In this document: positions 1-12,902 of the stretch, piece by piece
Numbering within the stretch: the first letter of the stretch is position 1
How the letters are laid out: every line of letters begins with the position of its first letter
DNA from: Nitrospirota bacterium
GTDB lineage: Bacteria > JACPQY01
Reading direction: 5' to 3'
DNA: 41,921 bases
Assembly: GCA_016180645.1 (NCBI GenBank)
Contig: JACPAV010000019.1
Location: forward strand, 140,560-182,480
Program-made: the position numbers and the translations under genes
Notes under the pieces: model-generated
Database searches by the model: none
Told to the model about the DNA's origin: nothing
Seen by the model: only the letters and a program-made list of their open reading frames with translations

Positions 1-708
1 CATCGCGCCGTCGAAGGGAAGCGTGCCCGAGTGGTTCGACACGAGCAGCGCGCGGCCCGTGCTCGGTATGTTCTTCACTCCGAAGGAATCGATCCGCCAC
101 CACCGATGGTAGAAGAAGTCCAGAACCGGCATCGCCAGATCCTCGAACACCGGATCCATGCCGAATTCATCCACCTCCTCGGAACGACCGATCATGCGCG
201 CCTCGCGAAGGAACTGGCGCGCCGCGGAGAAAAGGTTGAATCGCGCCCCCTTGCGCGCCACGGAGATGATGCCATCCAGGAATCCCAGCCGCTTCTTGCG
301 ATCGCTCACCGGCTCCTGTTTCAATGTCCCCCGAACTTCCTCCGCGAGACGGTCCACCCGCTGCCGTACTTCCTTCTCCTTCTCCTGGACCTCCTCCTCC
401 CAGCGGTGCCCATCCATCGCTTTCCGGAGCTGGCTCTCCAACCGGCCAAGGCGATTCAGAACATCCTGCTCGACCGTTTTCAGCTTCTGATCGAGCTTCC
501 GGTCGATGACCTCGACGACTTTCTCGCCCTCCACCAAGGGCTCCAGCGAAAAGGAAGCGACGCCTGCCCTACCGGCGGCCGCGTTGCGGCCGTGCCCGTC
601 GGACTTGTGCAACGGGCCTGCTCTCCGCCGAAACTCACGAATCGACTCCAGCGGACGTGCCGGTTCCGCCTGCACGGTCCCACGCCTCGCCCCTTCCGCT
701 CGCGCCAT
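1..708 (-). CDS. Lysophospholipid/glycerol acyltransferase family protein with N-terminal coiled-coil extension (runs off the left edge)
   Basis: Not in the ORF track. Manual translation from ATG at 708 is open to position 1: MARAEGARRG...VDEFGMDPVF...FFYHRWWRIDSFGVKNIPSTGRALLVSNHSGTLPFDGAM, an NH-containing acyltransferase block I. Starts 8 nt after the epimerase stop. Confidence 0.85.
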   Translation of the reverse strand, partial: MARAEGARRGTVQAEPARPLESIREFRRRAGPLHKSDGHGRNAAAGRAGVASFSLEPLVEGEKVVEVIDRKLDQKLKTVEQDVLNRLGRLESQLRKAMDGHRWEEEVQEKEKEVRQRVDRLAEEVRGTLKQEPVSDRKKRLGFLDGIISVARKGARFNLFSAARQFLREARMIGRSEEVDEFGMDPVFEDLAMPVLDFFYHRWWRIDSFGVKNIPSTGRALLVSNHSGTLPFDGAM

Positions 709-716
709 GGATGGAG

Positions 717-1748
717 CTACTGGACCAGGTGGACGCGCCGAAGACGCTCGACACCCGCAAAAGCGAGCGCGGCGTCCTTGGTGGAGTACTTGGGAACAAA
801 CGACAATTTCTCCTCCGCCTTCGCGCCATCCGCCACACAGAGGTATCGATGATAATCGAGATGTTGGGCGGGAATGTCGGACATCCCGGAGATCCAAAGC
901 GTATTGACCAGCGGATAGGCGGCGAAGTGGCTCACCGGAAAGTTGACCCGGCCCAGAAGCCGGATCACCGTCGACAAGGGCAGCACACCCTTACCCACAA
1001 TGTTGTAGATGCCCGGCGCATCGATATCCACCACTCGGTTGAAGGCCTCGATCACATCCTCCTCGTGCACAAACTGCATAAGCGGGTCATAGCCGAGAAG
1101 CGTCATGATCACGAGACGCCGATAGTACTGCGTGATGAAATACTTGATCGTCGGCCCAAGGATCGGACAGTTGCGGAGGATCGTGACGCATTTGGAGGGG
1201 TTTTTCCGGACGAAGCGCGCCACCTGGCGCTCGACGTCCACCTTGTCCGACACGAACCTGTACCCCGGATTCGCTTGAAGCGGATGTTCTTCCGTCAGGT
1301 AGTTGGGATTCTTGGGATGGGCGCCGTACGCGAGGGTGCTGCCGCCCACGATCAGCTTCTCCACACCCTTCACCGCCGAACACGCGTGAAGGACATACAT
1401 CGTGCCCACGCTCTCCAGTTCGTGACCGTAGGCCGTATTGTGCGCGGGGCTTCCCAGGAACGCCAGATGGACGAAGGTGTCGGCCCTCTCTTCCTCGAGG
1501 ATCTCCGCCAACTTCGCGTCGGCCAGCGGCTCCGTCAGGTCCACCTTGTGGTAGCGCGCCTTCACACTCGTGGAGGGTGCGGGTTGCACATCGATCGCCA
1601 CAATGCGTGAAATTGAGGGGTCAAGGTTGAGCCTCTGAAACAGGTTGGAGCCGATGAAGCCGTTGACTCCGGTGATCGCAACGACGCGGTTCCTGTGTTT
1701 CCTGCTCCGACCGGCGAGCTTGTGCTTCGCCTTGTGCGACTGATCCAT
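717..1748 (-). CDS. NAD-dependent epimerase/dehydratase (extended SDR family)
   Basis: Rossmann motif VAITGVNGFIG, then FVHLA, LAYG, QFVHEEDV and GIYNIVG. Start moved to ATG 1748 (MDQSHK); the ORF track extends to 1937. Confidence 0.85.
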   Translation of the reverse strand: MDQSHKAKHKLAGRSRKHRNRVVAITGVNGFIGSNLFQRLNLDPSISRIVAIDVQPAPSTSVKARYHKVDLTEPLADAKLAEILEEERADTFVHLAFLGSPAHNTAYGHELESVGTMYVLHACSAVKGVEKLIVGGSTLAYGAHPKNPNYLTEEHPLQANPGYRFVSDKVDVERQVARFVRKNPSKCVTILRNCPILGPTIKYFITQYYRRLVIMTLLGYDPLMQFVHEEDVIEAFNRVVDIDAPGIYNIVGKGVLPLSTVIRLLGRVNFPVSHFAAYPLVNTLWISGMSDIPAQHLDYHRYLCVADGAKAEEKLSFVPKYSTKDAALAFAGVERLRRVHLVQ

Positions 1749-2132
1749 GGAAGTGAGTTTCTCCGTCCCTCTTGTTGACGAACCTGTTCCCAGCCTTTCT
1801 TTCCAGCTATCAGGTTTGTAACGGTCCGTCAAATCGAGCCGTTCAGACCGGAACGTGGCGGCACGTCGGACCCCTTCACCCTCCGCAGGACCGTGTCTGC
1901 CCATTCCGGTAGGCGCGGGCTTCACGCCCCGTGCCACGGATGGTACGGGGCCATGCGATGCCGTGCGACATGCGGCCCATCCGTGGGCCGCTTCCGCTCA
2001 CGGTACCGCGCCATCCTTGGCTGGTGTCGCCAGGCCCAGGAAGGCGCGGCATGGACCATGGCCCGCGTCTTTTGCGCAGGCTAAAGCCTGCGACTACCGC
2101 GCATCACCAAACTATGCTATGACCGCCAAAGA

Positions 2133-2981
2133 ATGACTCCCGCCGCGCAAGAGAACGCCGCACCTGCTCCCACGACGACGCTCTCGCGCCGAATTTTCGC
2201 CGTAGCCAATCAAAAAGGAGGCGTGGGGAAGACGACCACCTCCATCAACCTGGGCGCCGCCCTCGCCCAGCAAGGCGTTCCCACCCTTATCATCGATACG
2301 GACCCACAAGGAAACACCACCAGCGGCCTCGGCATCGACAAGTCGGTCGCCCGAGATCACAACCTTTACCACGCCATCTGCGGACAACAGGACATCAACA
2401 ACCTCATCGTCGAAACGGGAATCCCCGGCCTCGGATTGATTCCCTCCAACTCGGACCTCATCGGCGCCGAGGTGGAATTGGTCAATCAACTGGCCCGGGA
2501 AAAAATCCTGGGAAAACTCCTCGATCAACTTGCGGGCCCCTTCGCGTACGTCCTGATCGACTGCCCCCCCTCCCTGGGCCTCCTGACGGTGAACGCGCTC
2601 ACCGCCGCCGGGTCGGTGATCATCCCCCTCCAGTGCGAATACTACGCGCTTGAGGGCCTCGCCCAGCTCCTGCGCACGATCAAACTCGTTCGCGAACACC
2701 TGAACCCGCGGCTCGACATCGAAGGCGTTCTCCTCACCATGTACGATGCGCGCACGAACATCGCCGATCAGGTGGTGCAGGAAGTGCGCGAGCATTTCAA
2801 GGGATATGTGTTCAACACGGTGATCCCGCGCAACGTGCGGCTGGCCGAGGCCCCCAGCCACGGCAAACCCGTGATGGCGTACGACGCGGCCAGCACGGGC
2901 GCCAAGTCGTATCTGGCTCTCGCCGCTGAAGTTCTGTCCAAGAACGGTGTCGGCTCCCATACGCATGAAGGACGAATCTAA
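2133..2981 (+). CDS. parA: ParA/Soj chromosome partitioning ATPase
   Basis: NQKGGVGKTTT deviant Walker A, DTDPQGN, IDCPPSLG, PLQCEYYALEG, IPRNVRLAEAPSHG. Confidence 0.97.
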   Translation: MTPAAQENAAPAPTTTLSRRIFAVANQKGGVGKTTTSINLGAALAQQGVPTLIIDTDPQGNTTSGLGIDKSVARDHNLYHAICGQQDINNLIVETGIPGLGLIPSNSDLIGAEVELVNQLAREKILGKLLDQLAGPFAYVLIDCPPSLGLLTVNALTAAGSVIIPLQCEYYALEGLAQLLRTIKLVREHLNPRLDIEGVLLTMYDARTNIADQVVQEVREHFKGYVFNTVIPRNVRLAEAPSHGKPVMAYDAASTGAKSYLALAAEVLSKNGVGSHTHEGRI

Positions 2982-3849
2982 ATCCAGACCCGCCCGCGGC
3001 CTCGGCCGGGGCTTGGGCGCCCTCATCTCCGAGACCGACACCGAGGCTGGAGTCCGGCCTTCGCCGTCCGCATCGCCCCCTGCTTCCCCGGAGAGCGGCG
3101 TTTTCGCATGCCCCATCGGGCGAATCCGGCTCAACCCGCTCCAGCCCCGCGAGACCTTCGACCGCACGGCCCTCGGCGAGCTCACGCAAAGCATCAAAGA
3201 CAAAGGCGTCCTCCAGCCTGTGCTTCTTCGGGCGAAGGACGACGGCTATCAGCTCATCGCGGGCGAGCGAAGGTACCGCGCCTCCGTCGAGGCCGGGCTC
3301 ACGCACATCCCCGCGGTGGTGAAGGATGTGAGCGACCGTGAATCGCTCGAACTCGCCCTCATCGAGAATCTTCAGCGCGTCGACCTCAACCCCATCGAGG
3401 AAGCCCAAGGCTACCAGACCCTCATGGACGATTTCAGCCTCACGCAGGAAGACGTGGCCGGGCGGGTCGGGAAGGATCGCACGACGGTGGCGAACATGCT
3501 TCGACTGCTCAGGCTCCCCATCGAGATTCAGCAGGATCTCCGATCCGGCGCCCTGCAGGTGGGCCACGCGAAAGCCCTTCTCTCTCTTTCCTCAGCCGAA
3601 GATATGCTGCGGCTTCGTGACCGGATCCTGCAAGGCCGCGCCTCCGTTCGCCAGGCGGAACGTCTTGCGCGAAAGAAGAAACCGGCCGCGGCCGAGGGCG
3701 ACCCGAACCTCAAGCAACTCGAAACCGATTTGCGGAACCACTTCGGAACGAAGGTGCGCATCGAAGACCGGAATCAGAAAGGTACCGTCGTCATCGAATA
3801 TTACAGTTGGAATAATCTGCACAATATAGTAAAGAAGATACTCGCTTAG
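2965..3849 (+). CDS. parB: ParB/Spo0J chromosome partitioning protein
   Basis: N-terminal GLGRGLGAL ParA-interacting motif, NPLQPR, GERRYRA arginine patch, LIENLQR and HTH. ATG 2965 overlaps the parA end. Confidence 0.96.
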   Translation: MKDESKSRPARGLGRGLGALISETDTEAGVRPSPSASPPASPESGVFACPIGRIRLNPLQPRETFDRTALGELTQSIKDKGVLQPVLLRAKDDGYQLIAGERRYRASVEAGLTHIPAVVKDVSDRESLELALIENLQRVDLNPIEEAQGYQTLMDDFSLTQEDVAGRVGKDRTTVANMLRLLRLPIEIQQDLRSGALQVGHAKALLSLSSAEDMLRLRDRILQGRASVRQAERLARKKKPAAAEGDPNLKQLETDLRNHFGTKVRIEDRNQKGTVVIEYYSWNNLHNIVKKILA

Positions 3850-3891
3850 CGCCCGGGACCGGATGCGGAACCGGGGAAGGAGGTAGCGTCC

Positions 3892-4314
3892 ATGTTTGCA
3901 AAAAAAGAGCCCACCAAACCCGCTACGGCGGATGAGTTCAACGCCCTGCTCGGCCGGGGCAGCGAGTTCGAAGGCAAGCTGGCCTTCTCCGGGACGGTCC
4001 GTCTCGATGGAAAGTTCACCGGCCAGGTCTTCAGCGAGGGGTTTCTGATCATCGGTGAGGAAGCCGTGGTCAAAGGCGATATCCGCGTCGATACCGCCAT
4101 CGTCAGCGGCCAGGTGGAGGGAAATATCACCGCCCGAAGCCGCGTGGAGCTTCGCGGACCCGCCCGGCTCAGCGGCGACGTGGCGACGCCGGTCTTCGTC
4201 GTCGAAGAAGGCGTCACGTTCGACGGCCACTGCCAGATGACCGGAGGCAAGGCCAAAAAACACATGACGCTCATCGAAGGCCAGTCCCAGGAGAAGCTCA
4301 CCGAAGCGAAGTAG
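3892..4314 (+). CDS. Bactofilin (polymer-forming cytoskeletal protein)
   Basis: LLGRGSEFEGKL..GTVRLDGKFTG..LIIGEEAVVKGDI..IVSGQVEGNI..VEEGVTFDGHCQM beta-helix pattern. RBS AGGAGG upstream. Confidence 0.92.
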   Translation: MFAKKEPTKPATADEFNALLGRGSEFEGKLAFSGTVRLDGKFTGQVFSEGFLIIGEEAVVKGDIRVDTAIVSGQVEGNITARSRVELRGPARLSGDVATPVFVVEEGVTFDGHCQMTGGKAKKHMTLIEGQSQEKLTEAK

Positions 4315-4323
4315 CAACAGACT

Positions 4324-4758
4324 GTGCTCGATCTCAACCTCCATCTCTTTCTGACGCAGTCCCTTCCGGCAGCCGTTCTCTTTCTGCTGCTCATGTTCCT
4401 CCTGCGCCGGTTGCTCTTCACCCCCGCGCTCCACGCCTTGCACAAGCAGGACGACGCCCTTTCCACCCTTCGTCGCCAGGCGGAGGAGTCGCGACAAACC
4501 GCTCTTCGCCTTCAGGAGGAAATGCAGGGCGCATGGAGCCGCGCGAAAGCCGAAGCCTCTCAAGCCCGCGAGAAGCGACTCATCGAGGCGGGCACCCAAG
4601 CGGAAGCTGTCATCGAAACCGCCAAGGAGCAGGTGAAAGCGATCACCGTCGAGGCCCACGATCGAGCCGAGCGCGAGTCGGCCGGCATCCGATCCTCGCT
4701 CATGCCCCAGGTGGACTCTTGGGTGGGTCGCGTCATCGAACGGCTCCTCAATCCCTAG
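4324..4758 (+). CDS. atpF2: F0F1 ATP synthase subunit b' (divergent)
   Basis: N-terminal TM helix, LLFTP motif, charged coiled coil, ends IERLL. Position before b and delta. Confidence 0.8.
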   Translation: MLDLNLHLFLTQSLPAAVLFLLLMFLLRRLLFTPALHALHKQDDALSTLRRQAEESRQTALRLQEEMQGAWSRAKAEASQAREKRLIEAGTQAEAVIETAKEQVKAITVEAHDRAERESAGIRSSLMPQVDSWVGRVIERLLNP

Positions 4759-4763
4759 CGCCC

Positions 4764-5276
4764 ATGGAGCACGAATCCAGCTCGTTCGCCCCGTTCATCT
4801 TTCACGCGGTCAATCTCATCATCCTCGTGGGGCTGTTTGTCTACTTCTATCTCAAGAAGGGCCGCGTCGCGGTGGCCGACGCGATCGCCAAAGCCGAGGC
4901 GGAAATGCTCCAGGCCGAGGAGGAGCTCCGCAAGGCCCGCGCGGAACTTGAGATCCACCAGAAAGAACACTCGGCCCTGCCGGCACGAACGGCGGATCTG
5001 CACAAGTCCTCCCGGGAGGCCGCTGAGCGCGAAGCCGCCCGAGTCCTCGAATCCGGCCGCGTCACCGCCGACTACCTCGTGGCCGAAGCGCGGCAGCACG
5101 GCGAATACCTTTCGCAACAGGCCGTCGACCAAGTCTTCCGAGAGGTGGCGGATGCGCTCGTCGAAGGAACCCGCAAGCGCCTCGGACCCGCGCTCACGCC
5201 GGAAGCCCAATCGCGCTTGGACGGATTCTTCCTCCGGCAACTTCCCAAACAGGCGGGACAGGCATGGACTTTGTAG
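4764..5276 (+). CDS. atpF: F0F1 ATP synthase subunit b
   Basis: Start moved to ATG 4764. IFHAVNLIILVGLFVYF TM segment followed by an Ala/Glu-rich coiled coil, directly before atpH. Confidence 0.82.
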   Translation: MEHESSSFAPFIFHAVNLIILVGLFVYFYLKKGRVAVADAIAKAEAEMLQAEEELRKARAELEIHQKEHSALPARTADLHKSSREAAEREAARVLESGRVTADYLVAEARQHGEYLSQQAVDQVFREVADALVEGTRKRLGPALTPEAQSRLDGFFLRQLPKQAGQAWTL

Positions 5277-5818
5277 CCGCCACCCGCTACGCGCGCGCGA
5301 TTTTTCAGGCCGCAGAACGGGCGGGCCGGCTGGACCGCGTTGCGGAAGACTTCGACCGCCTTCAGGCCCATCTGGACCAGGATTCCCGCACCCAGTTCCT
5401 GCTCGTCTCTCCCATGATCCAGTCCAAGGCCAAGGAGAAGATCACCGATCTCCTCGGGGAGAAGCTCGGACTTGACTCCACCTCCGTTCGAAGTTTGAAG
5501 GTGGTGGCCGGCCACGGGCGCGCCGCGCTGCTGCCGCTCATCCTTTCCAAGTTCCGGAAAATGCGCGACCAACACGACAACCGCGTGAGGGTCGATGCGG
5601 CCTTCGCCCATGAACCCACCCCGGAGTCCGTGAAAAGTCTGTCCGCGGCGCTCGAGGGCGTTCTCAAGAAACACGTCGTTTGCGAGACCCGCGTGGATCC
5701 CGACCTTCTCGGCGGGATCCGGCTCAAGATAGAAGACACGATCATCGACGGCAGTCTGCGGTACCAACTGTCCCGTCTGCGGCAGGAGGTGGAATCGCGC
5801 CGGCTTCCCGCCGGATAG
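5264..5818 (+). CDS. atpH: F1 ATP synthase subunit delta
   Basis: [10 protein letters not shown]-terminus and [27 protein letters not shown]-terminal signature. Confidence 0.93.
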   Translation: MDFVAATRYARAIFQAAERAGRLDRVAEDFDRLQAHLDQDSRTQFLLVSPMIQSKAKEKITDLLGEKLGLDSTSVRSLKVVAGHGRAALLPLILSKFRKMRDQHDNRVRVDAAFAHEPTPESVKSLSAALEGVLKKHVVCETRVDPDLLGGIRLKIEDTIIDGSLRYQLSRLRQEVESRRLPAG

Positions 5819-5859
5819 CCCCACCCGCACCGCGCCTCAATACCGCTCGGAGGATTCTC

Positions 5860-7368
5860 ATGGAAATCAAAGCAACGGAGATCAGTCGGATTCTGAAGGA
5901 ACAGATCGAAGGGTTCGCCCCGGAAATCGATCTGGCCGAAACGGGCACGATTCTGACCGTGGGTGACGGCATCGCCAAGATCTACGGCCTCCAGAAAGCG
6001 ATGGCGGGCGAACTCCTCCAGTTCCCTCACGGGCTCATGGGACTCGTGCTCAACCTGGAAGAAGACACCGTTAGCGCCGCCGTCTTCGGTGAAGTGACCC
6101 ATCTGAAGGAGAACGATCTCGTCCGCCGGACCGGTCAAATCGCCTCCGTACCCGTGGGCGATCAATTATTGGGGCGCGTGGTGGATCCGCTCGGGCAGCC
6201 GCTGGACGGAGGCCCGGCCATCTCCACTAAGGAAATTCGGCGCATCGAGCTGAAGGCGCCGGGCATTGTTCAGCGCCAGGGGGTCAAGGAGCCGCTCCAG
6301 ACGGGGATCAAAGCCATCGACGCCATGATCCCCATTGGTCGCGGCCAGCGCGAACTGGTCATCGGCGATCGGCAGACGGGGAAGACCGCGCTTCTCGTCG
6401 ACACGATCGTCAACCAGAAAAACGAGGACGTAAAGTGCATCTACGTGGCCATCGGTCAGAAACGGTCCACCGTCGCCCAACTGGTGGACAAGCTGAAAAA
6501 GTTCGGCGCCATGTCCTACACCACGATTGTCTCCGCGACCGCCAGTGATCCGGCGCCGCTCCAGTTCCTGTCGCCTTACTCCGGCTGCGCGATGGGAGAG
6601 TATTACCGCGATTCCGGTCGCCACGCCCTGTGCATCTACGACGACCTGTCGAAGCACGCCGTGGCATATCGCCAGTTGTCGCTTCTCGTCCGCCGGCCGC
6701 CCGGACGCGAGGCCTTCCCCGGCGATGTGTTCTATCTCCATTCACGGCTCCTCGAGCGTGCCGCAAAGCTCAGCCAGGCGAAAGGCGGAGGATCCTTGAC
6801 CGCCCTCCCCGTCATCGAGACGCAGGCCGGCGACGTCGCCGCCTACATTCCCACAAACGTCATTTCGATCACCGACGGTCAGATCTATCTGGAGCCGGAC
6901 CTCTTCTATGCGGGCGTCCGCCCCGCCGTAAACGTCGGCATCTCCGTCTCCCGCGTCGGCGGTAGCGCCCAGAACAAGGCCATGCGAAAAGTGGCCGGCG
7001 GTCTCCGGCTCGAACTCGCCCAGTACCGCTCGCTCGAAGCCTTCGCTCAATTCGGCTCGGACCTCGACAAGGCCACGATGGCGACGCTGAATCGGGGGCG
7101 TCGGCTGGTGGAAATCCTGAAGCAAGGCCAATACGAACCCCTCTCGGTCGAGCGCCAGATCCTGATCCTCTATGCCGGAACCAAGGGCTTTTCCGACAAC
7201 GTTCCCGTGGACCAGGTCGCGAGATACGAAAGAGAGCTCTACAGCTACGTGGAAACGAAGCATCCCGATGTGCTGCCCGAGATCAAGCAGAAGAGGGATC
7301 TGGACGAAAGCCTGAGCAAGAAACTCGACGCCGCGCTCGGCGAATTCACGAAATCCTTCCTGGCGTAG
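5860..7368 (+). CDS. atpA: F1 ATP synthase subunit alpha
   Basis: Start ATG 5860 after [19 protein letters not shown] Walker [37 protein letters not shown]. Confidence 0.99.
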   Translation: MEIKATEISRILKEQIEGFAPEIDLAETGTILTVGDGIAKIYGLQKAMAGELLQFPHGLMGLVLNLEEDTVSAAVFGEVTHLKENDLVRRTGQIASVPVGDQLLGRVVDPLGQPLDGGPAISTKEIRRIELKAPGIVQRQGVKEPLQTGIKAIDAMIPIGRGQRELVIGDRQTGKTALLVDTIVNQKNEDVKCIYVAIGQKRSTVAQLVDKLKKFGAMSYTTIVSATASDPAPLQFLSPYSGCAMGEYYRDSGRHALCIYDDLSKHAVAYRQLSLLVRRPPGREAFPGDVFYLHSRLLERAAKLSQAKGGGSLTALPVIETQAGDVAAYIPTNVISITDGQIYLEPDLFYAGVRPAVNVGISVSRVGGSAQNKAMRKVAGGLRLELAQYRSLEAFAQFGSDLDKATMATLNRGRRLVEILKQGQYEPLSVERQILILYAGTKGFSDNVPVDQVARYERELYSYVETKHPDVLPEIKQKRDLDESLSKKLDAALGEFTKSFLA

Positions 7369-7377
7369 CGGAGGAAC

Positions 7378-9712
<2,335 letters not shown>

Positions 9713-9810
9713 CCCGACACGATTCACGTTTATCCCGGTACCGGAACCTGCTCGCCACGGGCACCAACCCCGGCCCGTTCCCGGCGAATTCAGCGCGAGC
9801 AACCCCGCGG

Positions 9811-11937
9811 CTACTTGCCGGGGCGATCAGACCATTCGAGTCCGGCCCAGATGAGGCGGCCGGGAAGTGAGGTCGTATCCACTCTCCCCGGACGCGTGGC
9901 GATGTACTGAATTCCGTCATTGAAGAGATTCTTGGCTCCCACGCGGAGGCTTAGCCGGTCCGCCAGAAAAGCGCGAGCGAGGCTCACGTCGAATGTGCTG
10001 TATCCGTCTCCCAGCCCCCGCTTCGCAATCTGATTGAAGCGAAGGCCCAGCGTCGTCTTCCGGATGGGGGTCAGCCACGCTGCAACATCGTACATCCAGG
10101 GCGGAGCGATCTCGCCCTCGCTTGCGAGCCGGGAGTCCTTCACACCGGCCCAAGCACCGTTCACCGTCGCTTTGAGCCACCACAGGATCTGCTGGCTCCA
10201 TTCCACCTCGGCGCCCAGGGACCGCGCCCAGGCGCTGTTTTCGAATCCGGGAGATGTGGGCGACGGCACTCGGTAGACCATGTCCCGGATGCGGGAGTAG
10301 AAACCGGTGGCGCGGCCCACCATGTTGGGCCGCCGGAAGACGTACGCCAACTCCCCCGTGCCCACGACTTCGAAATCGAGCGGATCGGCGGGGTTCTGTT
10401 CCGCCAACTCGAAGAAGGTCGGCGCCCGATAGCCCTCGCTGTACTGGCTTTTCAGGATATGATGTTCAGTCAGCCTCCAGACGAGGCTCAAACGGGGAGT
10501 GAGCCGCCAGTCCACATCGGAGAAATGATCGAAGCGGAGGCCGGGGGTCAGCGCCCATCGTTCACCGAGAGTGATGGAATCCTGAACGAAGAGCGATTCG
10601 ACAAACCGCCTTTCATCTTTGACGAGCACGTCCGGCGGGGGCGTGGGAACCTGATTGGCCGCCGGGTCGCCGCCGCTCCCCGGCGGTCCCGCTTCTCCAC
10701 CCGCCCCGCCCTCGGCCCCCCCACCTTGCCTCCTCGGCGCGGGCGGCCCGGATCCGCCGGGGCCGGTCTCCGGTCCTCCCGCCGGCTGAGCCGTGGCCCC
10801 GCCGGCGGCTCCGGCCGCGGCCGGCAGCGGCGGCCGGCGGTGGTTCGCTTCCCCAATGAGCGCCGTGGTGTGTTCGAATCCTGCGACGAGGGCGTGTCGG
10901 TGGGACGGTTCCCACCGCGCGTCGATCCCCGCGCGGAGGAGATTTCCGGCGAAATCGTCGCCGCCGCCGGCCATCGTGTTGCGGAGGAATCCTCCGCGGA
11001 CGTTGACGTGAAAATCGGACGACACCTCCCGCGCATAGGACAGTTCAATGGAGCCGTCCGTCTCCGCCACCTCATCGGGAAGCGACTGCCCTTCGCCCCG
11101 GGCTTCCGGGGTGATGGCCTCGCGGAAAAGCTGTCCGGTGAGTGACCCTCCGCGCCAACCGAGCCCGAACACCCCCGTGGCCGCCTGCTCGTCCCCCTTG
11201 ACGCCGTCCAGGAACGATGCCGACCGACCGCCGGTGCCCGACACATTGGCAAACATCCTGATCGGCTCCTCACCGCCGGAGGACCACGCCGCCCGCCCCC
11301 CGCCCACGGCCCGCCGCTCGGTCTCCCCGCGAGTGAACAGTCCGAAGTCGTCTTTTTTCGTGACAATGTTGATCAGGCCCATGAAGGCGAAATCGCCATG
11401 GACCACCGAGCCCGGCCCTCGAATGAATTCGATGCGATCGACCTGCTCGATCGGCATGCCCAGAATGAACGGATTGATCCCCGCGCTCTCGCGGCTGAGC
11501 GGCACGGAATCCACCAGGATCTTGATGTTCCCGGCGTTGAACGGAAAATAGAGCCCGCGCACGATCACCGACGGCCGGGCGAGCGAATCCCGCACCGGCT
11601 GAACCCCGGGCACCCGCGACAACGCCTCCCAAACATTGCGCGCACCCAATCCCTTGAGCTCGCCCGCGTCCAGCACCGTCACCACGCCCGGCACGAAGTC
11701 CGCGTTCATGCGGGTTCGTGTGGCAATCTCCGTCTCCTCTTCGATGAGGCTCAGCAGCTCCTCCATCTCCGGCTGATCTTCGCCCGCGGAGGCGGGGCTT
11801 GCCGCCGGGCCCGAATCCATCTCCCCGCCGTCCATCCTCTCGGCACCCCGGTCCCGCGCCGGCTCTCCGGCGGCATGCGCCTGCTCCACGGCCACCAACA
11901 GCATCACAACGATTCCCCATGCCCATCTTCCGATCAT
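9811..11937 (-). CDS. TonB-dependent outer-membrane receptor (plug + beta-barrel)
   Basis: Signal peptide MIGRWAWGIVVMLLVAVEQAHA. Plug motifs EALSRVPGV, IVRG and IDRIE-like VDRIEFIRGPGSVVHG. Barrel motifs GLRFDHFSD, YSEGYRAPTFFEL, GAKNLFN. ATG 11937 overlaps the upstream stop (ATGA). Confidence 0.9.
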   Translation of the reverse strand: MIGRWAWGIVVMLLVAVEQAHAAGEPARDRGAERMDGGEMDSGPAASPASAGEDQPEMEELLSLIEEETEIATRTRMNADFVPGVVTVLDAGELKGLGARNVWEALSRVPGVQPVRDSLARPSVIVRGLYFPFNAGNIKILVDSVPLSRESAGINPFILGMPIEQVDRIEFIRGPGSVVHGDFAFMGLINIVTKKDDFGLFTRGETERRAVGGGRAAWSSGGEEPIRMFANVSGTGGRSASFLDGVKGDEQAATGVFGLGWRGGSLTGQLFREAITPEARGEGQSLPDEVAETDGSIELSYAREVSSDFHVNVRGGFLRNTMAGGGDDFAGNLLRAGIDARWEPSHRHALVAGFEHTTALIGEANHRRPPLPAAAGAAGGATAQPAGGPETGPGGSGPPAPRRQGGGAEGGAGGEAGPPGSGGDPAANQVPTPPPDVLVKDERRFVESLFVQDSITLGERWALTPGLRFDHFSDVDWRLTPRLSLVWRLTEHHILKSQYSEGYRAPTFFELAEQNPADPLDFEVVGTGELAYVFRRPNMVGRATGFYSRIRDMVYRVPSPTSPGFENSAWARSLGAEVEWSQQILWWLKATVNGAWAGVKDSRLASEGEIAPPWMYDVAAWLTPIRKTTLGLRFNQIAKRGLGDGYSTFDVSLARAFLADRLSLRVGAKNLFNDGIQYIATRPGRVDTTSLPGRLIWAGLEWSDRPGK

Positions 11938-12902
11938 GCGGCCTCCTTCTGTACGCCCTGCACGATGTTTTCCTTCCGCCTCGTCACTCCATCCATATGA
12001 ACAAACCGGTTCCGCCCTCCGGTCTTCGCCTCGTAGAGAAGCCGGTCGGCCGCCTCGAGGGCGGCGAGGGCCGATTCTCCCGACCCGGGCATCAGGGTGA
12101 CCGCCCCGCCGCTGACCGTCACGCGGTCGGCGCACTCGGATGCCGCATGTCGGAGATCGAGCGCCGCGATGGCATCGAGAACGTGGGCCAGGAGGATTCG
12201 CGTGGACCTCGCATCCGCCGCCGGCAGAACGAGGGCGAACTCCTCGCCGCCGTATCGGGCCAGGAGGTCCCCCGGCCGCCGCGCGAAGCCGGCCACGGCC
12301 CTGACCACGGATCGCAGGCACTCATCGCCGCGGGCATGGCCGTACGTGTCGTTGTATTTCTTGAAGTAGTCCACATCGAGGATGCCCACGGAAAAGACGG
12401 AACTCTGGCGAACGGCCCTCGACCATTCGGATTGAAGAGCCTCGTCGAAACGCCCGCGATTGGCAACCCCCGTGAGGGGATCGATCGACGCCATCCGCTC
12501 CAGAAGGTCCCGCGTCCCCTTCAGTTCGAGGTGGGTGCGAACGCGGGCGCGGACGACGGAGGGCCGGATGGGTTTGGTGATGTAGTCCACCCCGCCGAGG
12601 TCGAAACCCAGGGTTTCATCCTCATCGCCGTCGATGGCCGTCACGAAGATGACCGGGATGTGCCGGGTCCGATCGTCGGATTTGAGCCGGCGGCACACCT
12701 CGAATCCACCGAGATCGGGCATCACCACATCGAGCAGGATCAGATCCACGCGATTGGCTGCCGCCAGGCTCATCGCCGTTTCGCCCGACGTGGCGAAATA
12801 GAGTTCGTATTCGTGCCCGAGGGACTCGGCCAGAATCTGGATGTTGGAGGGTTGGTCGTCCACGATGAGGACCCGGCGCCTGGCCAGACAATCGAGGCTC
12901 AC
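11934..12902 (-). CDS. Response-regulator diguanylate cyclase (REC-GGDEF)
   Basis: REC: IVDD, LLDVVMP, YITKP. GGDEF: DPLTG, DVDYFKKYNDTYGH..GD, I-site RPGD five residues before GGEEF. Confidence 0.95.
   Translation of the reverse strand: MSLDCLARRRVLIVDDQPSNIQILAESLGHEYELYFATSGETAMSLAAANRVDLILLDVVMPDLGGFEVCRRLKSDDRTRHIPVIFVTAIDGDEDETLGFDLGGVDYITKPIRPSVVRARVRTHLELKGTRDLLERMASIDPLTGVANRGRFDEALQSEWSRAVRQSSVFSVGILDVDYFKKYNDTYGHARGDECLRSVVRAVAGFARRPGDLLARYGGEEFALVLPAADARSTRILLAHVLDAIAALDLRHAASECADRVTVSGGAVTLMPGSGESALAALEAADRLLYEAKTGGRNRFVHMDGVTRRKENIVQGVQKEAA

Noticed and set aside
1749-2132. oriC or parS site upstream of parA
   Set aside because: No TTATCCACA DnaA-box cluster or TGTTTCACGTGAAACA-like palindrome seen; only an 8-bp-stem hairpin at 1972-1991 of unknown meaning.
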